A stretch of 20,000 bases of DNA from an uncultured virus (IMG/VR IMGVR_UViG_3300048547_000618) (taxonomy: Duplodnaviria; Heunggongvirae; Uroviricota; Caudoviricetes): the IMG/VR virus record IMGVR_UViG_3300048547_000618; one strand, given 5' to 3'. The notes beneath the pieces were generated by a model, which was not told the origin of the DNA, did no database searches, and worked only from the letters and a program-made list of their open reading frames with translations. Below, in pieces: positions 7,842 to 16,135 of the stretch. The translations under genes were made by a program, and so were the position numbers. Each line of letters starts with the position of its first letter. Positions within the stretch are counted from its first letter, which is position 1.

Positions 7842-7848
7842 TAGGAAA

Positions 7849-8340
7849 ATGAACATGCAGACAAATTATTTGAATCCAACATCCTTTTTGGTGTCTATTG
7901 AAAGAATACCAAATGTAGTATTTACAACACAACGGGCTATCTTGCCTTCGATTTCGATGTCCGCGGTTACAACTCCTAACCCATTGAAAAATATCTATCA
8001 AGTTCCTGACCATCTTGAATATGCTGAACTTGACTTGAGTTTTATCCTCAATGAAAACCTTGATAATTATATAGAAATTTTAAATTGGATGGAAGGTCTT
8101 GCAACTCCTGAAAATTTGGCGCAGTTCGATCGCTTAAAGAAATCAAGAGATGGATTGAAGTCAGATATTGTAATTATCATGACGAATAGCCACAAGAACC
8201 CAAATATTGAGTTTAGGTTTAAAGATGCTTTCCCACTTACTATCTCTCCAATCAGTTTAGATATTACACCTGGCGATATTGTAAACCCTGAAGTAACCGT
8301 AACATTCCGCCATAACGGTTTCACAATCACTCAATTATAA
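7849..8340 (+). CDS. gp3: Tail completion / tail tube terminator protein (T4 gp3-like)
   Basis: NYLNPTSF...IERIPNV.F, LEYAELDLSFILNENLDNY.EI.NW, F.FKDAFP; late promoter upstream; gp3-uvsY-uvsW order as in marine T4-like phages. Confidence 0.85.
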   Translation: MNMQTNYLNPTSFLVSIERIPNVVFTTQRAILPSISMSAVTTPNPLKNIYQVPDHLEYAELDLSFILNENLDNYIEILNWMEGLATPENLAQFDRLKKSRDGLKSDIVIIMTNSHKNPNIEFRFKDAFPLTISPISLDITPGDIVNPEVTVTFRHNGFTITQL

Positions 8341-8343
8341 TTG

Positions 8344-8372
8344 TTGACATTCCACTGATTCTAGTGTAGAAT
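8344..8372 (+). promoter_or_regulatory. sigma70-type promoter for uvsY-uvsW, GANTC in spacer
   Basis: TTGACA-ttccactGATTCtagtg(17)-TAGAAT followed by GAGGAG SD. Confidence 0.8.
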
Positions 8373-8398
8373 AGCAGTATAAGCTAGAGGAGTATAGT

Positions 8399-8836
8399 AT
8401 GAGCACTGATGATATCAGCGAGCTGTGGTCAAAAGATTCTAAGATTGACGAAACGAACCTTATGGGTGAATCAAAACGAATTCCTGAATTGCATAGTAAG
8501 TATTATAATTTATATTATAAGGAAGCGCTAAAAGTTAAAAAGCTTCGATATGACTATAAAGAACTTGAAATGGCAAAGCGCGAATGGATTGATGGATCCA
8601 TGGCAGAAGAAGATCTACATGACCGCGGATGGCGACCATTTCAGAAAAAAGTTATTCGCCAAGATATGGATAAATATATTCAGAGCGATAAAGATGTTAT
8701 AAACTTAAGTCTTAAAATAGATTATCATTCGGTACGAGCAAACTACCTGGAAGATATCGTTAAGACAATACATAGCCGCAATTTCATTATCAAAAATATA
8801 ATTGACATTATGAAATTTCAAGCTGGAGAATACTAA
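8399..8836 (+). CDS. uvsY: Recombination mediator UvsY
   Basis: WSKDSKIDETNL..ES.RIPELHSKY and R.F.IKNIID..KF.AG motifs; synteny. Confidence 0.92.
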   Translation: MSTDDISELWSKDSKIDETNLMGESKRIPELHSKYYNLYYKEALKVKKLRYDYKELEMAKREWIDGSMAEEDLHDRGWRPFQKKVIRQDMDKYIQSDKDVINLSLKIDYHSVRANYLEDIVKTIHSRNFIIKNIIDIMKFQAGEY

Positions 8837-9099
8837 TGACAGAAATTAATAACGTGTATGGGCATCCGATAGTGTATCCTAATAGCGAAAACATTTTACC
8901 GCCTTTGGAAAAAGAACGTGTTCGTGTTGTTGAAGCTGCCACTCGAGCTGAGATTGCTAGCCATCGAGTTAAGGAAATCGAAGAGCGGATAGAAGAGATA
9001 AATATACTCAGACAACAAGCGGTATTGCGATATGCTCCAAATGGAGATAAGATTTTACCTGCTGTTACTGAAGGTGAATTCGTAGATATTGAAGTATAG
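8836..9099 (+). CDS. Hypothetical protein with coiled-coil
   Basis: 87 aa, GGAG SD, TAATG coupling to uvsY. Confidence 0.7.
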   Translation: MTEINNVYGHPIVYPNSENILPPLEKERVRVVEAATRAEIASHRVKEIEERIEEINILRQQAVLRYAPNGDKILPAVTEGEFVDIEV

Positions 9100-9105
9100 G
9101 ATTAT

Positions 9106-10599
9106 ATGACTGACGTTGTAAATGTTGAACAGATTAATGCTGTTTATTTGAAAGTAACCGCAGATCCTGGAACTCGTCAAGAGATTCAGCAATTCTTTTC
9201 ATTTAGACCAAATAATTATCAATTTACTCCTGCATACAAAAATCGTATGTGGGATGGTTGGATCCGCTTATATCAACCTATGCGGCCAACGCTTTACGTC
9301 GGTTTGATGAAACACCTAATTAAATTCTGTGAAGACAGAGGTTATACTATTAATGCTGACGACGATCTTATACACGGTGATGATATTCCTGATGATTATG
9401 GTTATCAAATTGCTAAAGATATAAACTGTAAATTCGAGCCTCGAGATTATCAAAACGATTATATTGTTAGCGCGTTACGAGATCGCAGATCATTATCGTT
9501 ATCGCCAACTTCATCAGGTAAATCATTAATCATTTATCTTATGCAACAACATTATTATGAAACTTATGGTCATAGAACCTTAATCATTGTTCCTACAATT
9601 GGTCTTGTTCATCAGATGGCCGGTGACTTCGAAGACTATGGTTGCGATCCTAGTTTGATTTATAAAATACAAGGAGGTGTCGATAAGAATACTTCAGCTC
9701 CTATTGTTATAAGTACTTGGCAATCACTAATTAAACAGCCAAAGGATTGGTTCTCTCAATTTAAAGTTGCATTAGGAGACGAAGCTCACTTGTTCCAAGC
9801 TAAGTCTTTGCAAAAAATCATGGAAGGTTTAGACGAATGTTATTACCGACATGGATTTACAGGTACACTAAAAACTGAGGAAAGCAAAACACACCAACTT
9901 GTTCTTGAAGGTTGCTTTGGTCCTGTTCGTCGCTTTGTTAATACTAAGGATTTAATTGAAAGCGGAACAGTTGCAGATTTCAACATCAAAGCAATTGTTC
10001 TTTCTCATAATAACGAAACACGTAAAAAGTTTAAAGACGCTTTTAAACAAGTTAAAGAAACTCAGAAAAAGTACCCAGCTGAAAGAGAGTTTATTGTTAA
10101 TAACGAAAAAAGAAACATATTCATTCGCAACTTGTTATGGTCTCTTAAAAATCAAAATAACTTAGTGTTGTTTGATTTGGTTGAAAAACATGGTAAGATA
10201 TTAGAGCCACTCCTTCGGAGAGACGATCGTCAACTACATTTTATATATGGCGCAACAAAAGGTGAAGAACGTGAACGTATTCGTCATATGATTGAAAATG
10301 ATCCAATTAAGCAACATGACATTCTTGCATCGTATGGTGTATTCTCAACTGGTGTTAACCTTAAGAAATTGGATAACGTAATCTTTGCGTCTGGTTCTAA
10401 ATCTGAAATCAAAGTACTTCAATCAATCGGACGGACTCTTAGGAAAGGTAACGACGCAGATAAAGCTACGTTGTATGATATTACTGACGACCTATCAGTA
10501 GGATCGTTTGAAAACTATACTCTCAAACATTTCCGTAAACGTATTGAGATTTATGGTTCTGAACAATTCCCATATAAGATATATACAGTTAACATCTAA
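9106..10599 (+). CDS. uvsW: SF2 RNA-DNA/DNA-DNA helicase UvsW
   Basis: WDGWIRL, PRDYQ, SPTSSGKS, DEAH, TGT, STGVN, LQSIGRTLR. Confidence 0.96.
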   Translation: MTDVVNVEQINAVYLKVTADPGTRQEIQQFFSFRPNNYQFTPAYKNRMWDGWIRLYQPMRPTLYVGLMKHLIKFCEDRGYTINADDDLIHGDDIPDDYGYQIAKDINCKFEPRDYQNDYIVSALRDRRSLSLSPTSSGKSLIIYLMQQHYYETYGHRTLIIVPTIGLVHQMAGDFEDYGCDPSLIYKIQGGVDKNTSAPIVISTWQSLIKQPKDWFSQFKVALGDEAHLFQAKSLQKIMEGLDECYYRHGFTGTLKTEESKTHQLVLEGCFGPVRRFVNTKDLIESGTVADFNIKAIVLSHNNETRKKFKDAFKQVKETQKKYPAEREFIVNNEKRNIFIRNLLWSLKNQNNLVLFDLVEKHGKILEPLLRRDDRQLHFIYGATKGEERERIRHMIENDPIKQHDILASYGVFSTGVNLKKLDNVIFASGSKSEIKVLQSIGRTLRKGNDADKATLYDITDDLSVGSFENYTLKHFRKRIEIYGSEQFPYKIYTVNI

Positions 10600-10603
10600 T
10601 TAT

Positions 10604-10611
10604 TATTTATA
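10604..10611 (-). promoter_or_regulatory. Late-promoter consensus TATAAATA, antisense to uvsW
   Basis: TATTTATA on the plus strand right after the uvsW stop; AT-rich context makes chance occurrence possible. Confidence 0.45.
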
Positions 10612-10624
10612 GAGACATAAGTCT

Positions 10625-10652
10625 ATTATACACAGTATCCAGAGTATGTCAA
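10625..10652 (-). promoter_or_regulatory. Consensus sigma70 promoter, antisense to uvsW
   Basis: TTGACA-16-TATAAT on the minus strand in the intergenic gap. Confidence 0.65.
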
Positions 10653-10679
10653 CCAATATTTTCATAAAAAGGAAAAAAA

Positions 10680-11279
10680 ATGTTTATAGACTTTGGTTGC
10701 GGTTACGATCTTAGCCAATTTCAACATAAGCAAACTTATTGGCCAGTTCCAAAAGATGTTCCGTATGTTGGAATAGATCGTAGGCCGATTAAGCACAACG
10801 CGTCAAAACAATTTATAGATTTACTTGTAGCAGGATATACTCAAACGGCTAAAAACGTTTGGATAAAGAAACATGAATATTCGTTTCGTTTACATGATAT
10901 ATATGTGATTGATGATATCAGAAACGATATGCCTTCTTACATTATGGCAGAACAGTTCAGGTGTGATTCCGTTTTAGAACATATACCTGAGGGCGAAGTA
11001 TTTGATACTCTTGTTGGGATGTATAATAAGATAGACGATGAAGGCTCAGGCGGAATACATATTGACCTTTCAGATCATAAAAAACAAATACCGCCTACAT
11101 TTGACCATTACGAAGATGATACTTGGGGTGTAGAACACCGAGAGCATTACAAAGGATTTTTTCTTAATCGTATCAAAAAAGATCAATGGATAGAATTACT
11201 TAACGAATTTTTTGTATATGAGCTGCGAGATCCAGAAGAACCATCTTTTGTATCAGCACGCGATGTTAGAAAAAAGTAG
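10680..11279 (+). CDS. Class I SAM-dependent methyltransferase-like protein
   Basis: IDFGCG motif I, YVGID, SVLEHIP, HIDLSDH...LNRI..DQW; AAGGA SD. Confidence 0.7.
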   Translation: MFIDFGCGYDLSQFQHKQTYWPVPKDVPYVGIDRRPIKHNASKQFIDLLVAGYTQTAKNVWIKKHEYSFRLHDIYVIDDIRNDMPSYIMAEQFRCDSVLEHIPEGEVFDTLVGMYNKIDDEGSGGIHIDLSDHKKQIPPTFDHYEDDTWGVEHREHYKGFFLNRIKKDQWIELLNEFFVYELRDPEEPSFVSARDVRKK

Positions 11280-11308
11280 TTGACATATTAGTATTTTTAG
11301 AATACTAT
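11280..11308 (+). promoter_or_regulatory. sigma70-type promoter for gp55
   Basis: TTGACA-17-TACTAT, then AAGGAGG SD; 7-bp inverted repeat at 11289-11307. Confidence 0.8.
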
Positions 11309-11342
11309 ATTAATATAACCACAATAAAGGAGGACACCGTCC

Positions 11343-11846
11343 ATGGCGAAACCTCGCAAACGGAATTACGTAAACAACAAAGATCTGCTAGAAGCGTTAA
11401 TCAATTACAAAAAAGATTGTGTCGAAGCAGAAGACCAAGGTGAAATAGTACCACGCGTACCTGATTACATTGGCAAATGCATTTATCAAATCGCAACAAG
11501 ACTCGCGACAAAACCAAACTTCAGTGGTTATTCGTACAAAGAAGATATGATATCAGACGGCATTGAAAATTGCCTACAATATATCAATAACTTTAATCCT
11601 GAAAAATCGCAGAATCCATTTGCATACTTTACGCAAATCATTTGGTACGCGTTTTTACGGCGCATTCAAAAAGAAAAGAAGCAAATGTATATTCGTTTTA
11701 AATCTTCACAAAGTATGATTGCAACTGGCGGAACGTACGCTGGCGACGAAGTGGTTCTCAATTTAAATACTAATGCTGATTATATGAATGCATTTGTTCA
11801 AGACTTTGAAGACAAATTAACTCGTGATAAAGAGAAGAAAAAATAG
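11343..11846 (+). CDS. gp55: Late transcription sigma factor (T4 gp55)
   Basis: YVNNK, IA..L...PNFSGYSYKEDMISDGIENC..Y..NFNPEKS.NPFAYFTQI...AFLRRI.KEKKQ. Confidence 0.96.
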   Translation: MAKPRKRNYVNNKDLLEALINYKKDCVEAEDQGEIVPRVPDYIGKCIYQIATRLATKPNFSGYSYKEDMISDGIENCLQYINNFNPEKSQNPFAYFTQIIWYAFLRRIQKEKKQMYIRFKSSQSMIATGGTYAGDEVVLNLNTNADYMNAFVQDFEDKLTRDKEKKK

Positions 11847-11933
11847 TATTGGAGAATAAATAATTTTTTCAAAACTTGACTTATATTAATTACCATATGA
11901 TATACAAAATGTTTGATCTAGAAAGGTTATCAT

Positions 11934-12407
11934 ATGGTAGATCCATTTACAGCGGTTGCTGCAGCAACTGCAGCGTTCAACGGAATCAAAAAAGCAGTTT
12001 CTGTTGGTCGCGACATTCAAGACATGGCAGGTCAACTCGGCCAATGGTCAAAAGCTATATCTGATTTTAATTATGCCGCAGACAAGACTGAAAAACCAAA
12101 ATGGTACAAAGCTCTTGGTAGCAAATCTAAAGCAGACGCTGTTCAAATTTGGGCTGAAAAGAAAAAGGTTGAAAATATGAGAGATGAACTCCGTAGTTTT
12201 ATATCATCGAATTACGGTCCATCAGCTTGGCAAGAAATCCTTAGAATTGAAAATCAAATTAAACAAGATCAAAAGGAAGCAGTATATGCTGCGCAGGAAT
12301 TTAAAGAAAAATGTATAGAGTGGACAGCAGGAATATTCTTATTTCTATTGACATCCAGTGTTTTTGTGTTTATAGTATGGTTAATCTATAATAAAGGTAA
12401 TTTATGA
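11934..12407 (+). CDS. Hypothetical protein with C-terminal transmembrane helix
   Basis: 157 aa; AAAGG SD; amphipathic N-terminus; hydrophobic C-terminal stretch. Confidence 0.8.
   Translation: MVDPFTAVAAATAAFNGIKKAVSVGRDIQDMAGQLGQWSKAISDFNYAADKTEKPKWYKALGSKSKADAVQIWAEKKKVENMRDELRSFISSNYGPSAWQEILRIENQIKQDQKEAVYAAQEFKEKCIEWTAGIFLFLLTSSVFVFIVWLIYNKGNL
12348..12376 (+). promoter_or_regulatory. sigma70-type promoter embedded in upstream ORF, likely driving gp47-gp46
   Basis: TTGACA-17-TATAGT. Confidence 0.7.
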
Positions 12408-12613
12408 GCGGTCAGCGCAAATGGTTTAAACTCTGGGCAAGAACTGTTGGAATGCCTATAGGATTAAATGATAATGATAAACCTGAAAACCTTCCGATTA
12501 CTCAAAAGGATGTTATGAAGGCTCTTTGGTTTAGAACATTTTGGATAGTACTACATATTGTTACTTGCTTTATGATTATAGGTGGCAATGGTAAAACGTT
12601 AGGATTTTGGTAA
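12404..12613 (+). CDS. Small membrane hypothetical protein
   Basis: 69 aa; ATGA and TAATG overlaps on both sides; hydrophobic C-terminal half. Confidence 0.75.
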   Translation: MSGQRKWFKLWARTVGMPIGLNDNDKPENLPITQKDVMKALWFRTFWIVLHIVTCFMIIGGNGKTLGFW

Positions 12614-13677
12614 TGAAAATAGCAATTATTACAGATATGCATCTCGGTGTACGAGGTGACTCTAAAGTATTCTTGGATCATCAAGAAAAGTTTTTCAGCG
12701 AAATATTTTTTCCGTATTTAGATAAACATGATATTAAGATTGTTCTAGATCTTGGTGATACGTTTGACCGCCGCAAGTATGTCAATTATGTTACACTTGC
12801 AAGAGCTAAGAAAATGTTCTTTGACCAATTATCAAATCGCAACATTGAATATCATGCAATCGTTGGAAATCATTCTGTATATTATACAAACACCAACGAA
12901 GTTAACTCGATGAACCTATTGCTTCAAGAGTATTCAAACTTCAACATTTATCAAGACAATCCAATTGAGTTGACATTTGGGTCAACTAGTGTTATTATGG
13001 TTCCATGGCTTACAAAAGATAATATGGAAACAAGTCTTACGGCAATAAAAAACTCAACTGCAAACATTTGTATGGGCCACTTTGCTATTCAAGGTTTTGA
13101 AATGTTGAAAGGCGCAATTAACGACCACGGTTTACAGAAAGATGTGTTCACTCATTTTGAGCAAGTTTACTCAGGACACTTTCACCATCCTTCAGAGTAT
13201 GGCAATATTAAGTACCTTGGCGCTCCGTATGAAATGACTTGGTCCGATTACGAAGGGCGTCGTGGTTTCCGTATACTTGATACTGAAACCCGTGAATTGG
13301 AATGGATCTTAAATCCGTTTCAAATCTATCATAAGATAGACTACGACGATACTGATATGACTATTGAAGAAATTGCATCCTTGGATACTGATAATATCAA
13401 AGATGCATATATTAAAGTGATTGTGAAAGAACGTTCCAATCCATACATATATGACTTGTTCATTAATAAATTAACTGACGCAGGCGCTGCTGATGTTAAA
13501 GCTATTGAGGACAGTCTTAATTTAGAGTCAGAAGGGGTTGAAGATATCCTTGATGAAACAAAGGATACAAAAGAAATCCTACATAGTTATATTGACTCTC
13601 TTGACACGAAGGTTGATAGGAAAGATATTAAAATGTTAATTGATGATTTATATATTGAGGCACAGCAGGTTGCATGA
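12613..13677 (+). CDS. gp47: Mre11/SbcD-like recombination nuclease (T4 gp47)
   Basis: DMHLG, LGDTFD, GNH, GHF, SGHFH metallophosphoesterase motifs; likely start ATG 12613 (MKIAII). Confidence 0.96.
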   Translation: MKIAIITDMHLGVRGDSKVFLDHQEKFFSEIFFPYLDKHDIKIVLDLGDTFDRRKYVNYVTLARAKKMFFDQLSNRNIEYHAIVGNHSVYYTNTNEVNSMNLLLQEYSNFNIYQDNPIELTFGSTSVIMVPWLTKDNMETSLTAIKNSTANICMGHFAIQGFEMLKGAINDHGLQKDVFTHFEQVYSGHFHHPSEYGNIKYLGAPYEMTWSDYEGRRGFRILDTETRELEWILNPFQIYHKIDYDDTDMTIEEIASLDTDNIKDAYIKVIVKERSNPYIYDLFINKLTDAGAADVKAIEDSLNLESEGVEDILDETKDTKEILHSYIDSLDTKVDRKDIKMLIDDLYIEAQQVA

Positions 13678-15386
13678 AGATTGAATTTAAAACTGTTCGT
13701 TATAAAAATTTACTGTCGTCTGGTAATTCTTGGACAACAATCCCGCTTAATAATAACAGAACAACTTTAATCAGCGGTACAAATGGTAGCGGTAAGTCAA
13801 CATTGTTGGACGCTATCGTTTTTGGTTTATACGGTAAAGCATTTCGTAAAATTAATAAGAACCAACTTATTAACAGTATTAATGGTCGAGACACTCTTGT
13901 TGAAATAGAGTTTCAAATTGGTCAAAACAAATATATGGTTCGCCGTGGCATTAAGCCCGTCGTCTTTGAAATATGGAAAAATGGTGAAGTCATAAATCAG
14001 GACGCTGCGTCTCGAGATTACCAATCGTATCTTGAGCAAAACATTCTCAACTTAAATTATAAATCATTTAATCAAATTGTAGTATTAGGTAGTGCAACCT
14101 ATGTTCCGTTTATGGAGTTGCCTGCTCATACACGTCGCGATATTATCGAAGATTTGTTAGATATTCAAGTCTTTAGTACAATGAATACTTTGCTAAAAGA
14201 TCGTGTATCAATTAATAAAGATAATATTGCTGAAACTGGTTACCAAATGGATCTTACAGAGCAAAAGCTTGATTCTGCAAAGGAGCACAACGCTTCAATC
14301 CGTAAGATCCGTGAAGATGAAGTTGAAAAAGTACGTGAAAAAATGTCAGGCCATTTAGTTAAGGTCGAAGAAGAAAAAGAAGCAATAGAGCAGCTTCAAA
14401 CAAATATTGAAGAACTGGTTAAAACTATTACAGATAAGCAATCAGTCAAATCAAAGATTGACAAAGCAAAGAAATTAAAACAAGAATTAGCTATTAAACT
14501 TCGTAGCCATCATGATGAGCTTTCTTTTTATAACAATCACGATAACTGCCCAACATGTAAACAGGGTATTGAACACGATTTCAAAGAAACTATTATTACC
14601 GATAAAGGTAAAAAGATTGGCGAACTTGACGGCGGTCTTGAACAGTTATTGGAAAAGATAACAAGCTACGAAACGCGAGTTGAAGAAATATCAAACGTTG
14701 AGGATCAGATTTCTGAACTTAATTTGACTATTGGCGACCATCGTGCAACTATTAAGGTATCTATGAATGCTTTGAAATCATATAAGAATGAATTAACAAA
14801 AGCTGAAGAACAGGTTGAAGCAGTTGATACATCAAAGCTCGAAGAGTTAAGTACAAAATTAAAAGAATTTGAAATAAAACAGCAGGATTTGTTTAATCAA
14901 AAAGAAGTAATTAGCGTTGTCCAAACAATGTTAAGAGATGGTGGTATTAAAGCAAAGATCATTCGTCAATACATTCCTGTTATGAACAAACTAATTAATA
15001 AGTACCTCGGCGCGTTTGATTTATTTGTTGACTTCCAACTTGACGAAAACTTTAATGAAGTAATTAAGTCAAGGTTCCGCGACGCGTTTTCTTACGCATC
15101 GTTCAGCGAAGGCGAAAAGCTCAGGATCACGTTGTCAATTATGTTGGCTTGGCGTTCTGTTGCGAAACTAAGAAATTCTGTTTCTACCAATTTATTGCTA
15201 CTTGACGAAACGTTGGATGGCGCTCTTGACTCAGTCGGTATTGAAAATCTTATTGACACATTACATAATCTAAACGCTGATGATAATATATTTGTTATTA
15301 GCCATCGTGGTCATCAGTTTGGTGATAAGTTTGATAATCATATTCGTTTTCAAAAAGTTAAAAACTTTAGTGAGGTTACAGCTTGA
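13674..15386 (+). CDS. gp46: Rad50/SbcC-like ABC ATPase (T4 gp46)
   Basis: Walker A GTNGSGKST, zinc hook CPTC, signature FSEGE, Walker B LLLLDE, ISH. Confidence 0.97.
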   Translation: MKIEFKTVRYKNLLSSGNSWTTIPLNNNRTTLISGTNGSGKSTLLDAIVFGLYGKAFRKINKNQLINSINGRDTLVEIEFQIGQNKYMVRRGIKPVVFEIWKNGEVINQDAASRDYQSYLEQNILNLNYKSFNQIVVLGSATYVPFMELPAHTRRDIIEDLLDIQVFSTMNTLLKDRVSINKDNIAETGYQMDLTEQKLDSAKEHNASIRKIREDEVEKVREKMSGHLVKVEEEKEAIEQLQTNIEELVKTITDKQSVKSKIDKAKKLKQELAIKLRSHHDELSFYNNHDNCPTCKQGIEHDFKETIITDKGKKIGELDGGLEQLLEKITSYETRVEEISNVEDQISELNLTIGDHRATIKVSMNALKSYKNELTKAEEQVEAVDTSKLEELSTKLKEFEIKQQDLFNQKEVISVVQTMLRDGGIKAKIIRQYIPVMNKLINKYLGAFDLFVDFQLDENFNEVIKSRFRDAFSYASFSEGEKLRITLSIMLAWRSVAKLRNSVSTNLLLLDETLDGALDSVGIENLIDTLHNLNADDNIFVISHRGHQFGDKFDNHIRFQKVKNFSEVTA

Positions 15387-16081
15387 CTTTGTTAAATAAC
15401 TCAATGTCTACCGAAGGACTTAATGATCTTGAAACACTTGAAACAATGTTTAAAGAATTCTTTCATAAAGAGACATATGATTGGTGGGTACCAGTTAAGG
15501 CTGGTGATATTGTAGTTGACCTTGGAGCTTGCGTAGGTATGTTTACGTGTCGCGCTTTAGACTTAGGAGCCTCGAAGGTGTATTCAGTAGAGCCAAGTCT
15601 GCAATTACTATCAACAACTATGAAAAACGTTTTACCGCATTTAGTAGAGAACCCAGGATCGGTTGTGCCTGAGAACGCATTCATTGGATCTGAAAAAGAT
15701 CATACTTTGAATTCTTTTAGTGATTCTAATGCTAAGACTATGGTCTTTTCTGAGTTCTTGTATAAGCATAACATAAACCATATTGACTATCTTAAGATTG
15801 ATATTGAAGGTGGGGAGTATAGTATCTTTACTGAAAGAAATTGGGATTTCCTATGTAATAACGTTAAACATATTGCAGTCGAATGGCATCTTGATGTATT
15901 TGAAGATGCTCCTAAACAATTCATGTGGATCAGAGACAATTTACTTTCTAAATATAATGGTAAGATTAGATATCTTGATCCTAAGCATAAGCAAAAGGCG
16001 TATGATGATGAATGGTTGACTGGCGAATGGCCTATTGGGTGGGGTTCAGGTTTTATGATGTATCTCACAAATAATGGTTGA
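15383..16081 (+). CDS. FkbM-family SAM-dependent methyltransferase
   Basis: VVDLGACVGMF, VYSVEP, IDYLKIDIEGGEY, VEWH. Start TTG 15383 or ATG 15404. Confidence 0.88.
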   Translation: MTLLNNSMSTEGLNDLETLETMFKEFFHKETYDWWVPVKAGDIVVDLGACVGMFTCRALDLGASKVYSVEPSLQLLSTTMKNVLPHLVENPGSVVPENAFIGSEKDHTLNSFSDSNAKTMVFSEFLYKHNINHIDYLKIDIEGGEYSIFTERNWDFLCNNVKHIAVEWHLDVFEDAPKQFMWIRDNLLSKYNGKIRYLDPKHKQKAYDDEWLTGEWPIGWGSGFMMYLTNNG

Positions 16082-16106
16082 CAAATTCAACATTAAGTGG
16101 TACTAT
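16078..16106 (+). promoter_or_regulatory. sigma70-type promoter for gp43
   Basis: TTGACA-17-TACTAT with TGn extended -10; supports the ATG 16136 start. Confidence 0.8.
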
Positions 16107-16135
16107 GTACGGTATACAATACACAAAGGATAAAC

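Noticed and set aside
7816..8330. Minus-strand ORFs 7816..8013 and 8067..8330
   Set aside because: Antisense to gp3.
10666..10680. Poly-A tract between SD and ATG as a phase-variation switch
   Set aside because: An 8-nt A run is unremarkable in AT-rich DNA.
11332..11342. GGAC-ACC-GTCC hairpin over the gp55 SD
   Set aside because: A 4-bp stem with a 3-nt loop is too weak to claim.
11876..11904. TTGACT as a -35 element, and track ORF 11876..12064
   Set aside because: No good -10 at 16-18 nt spacing; the ORF overlaps the better-supported 11934..12407.
16097..16135. GTG start for gp43
   Set aside because: Falls inside the promoter; ATG 16136 has the SD.
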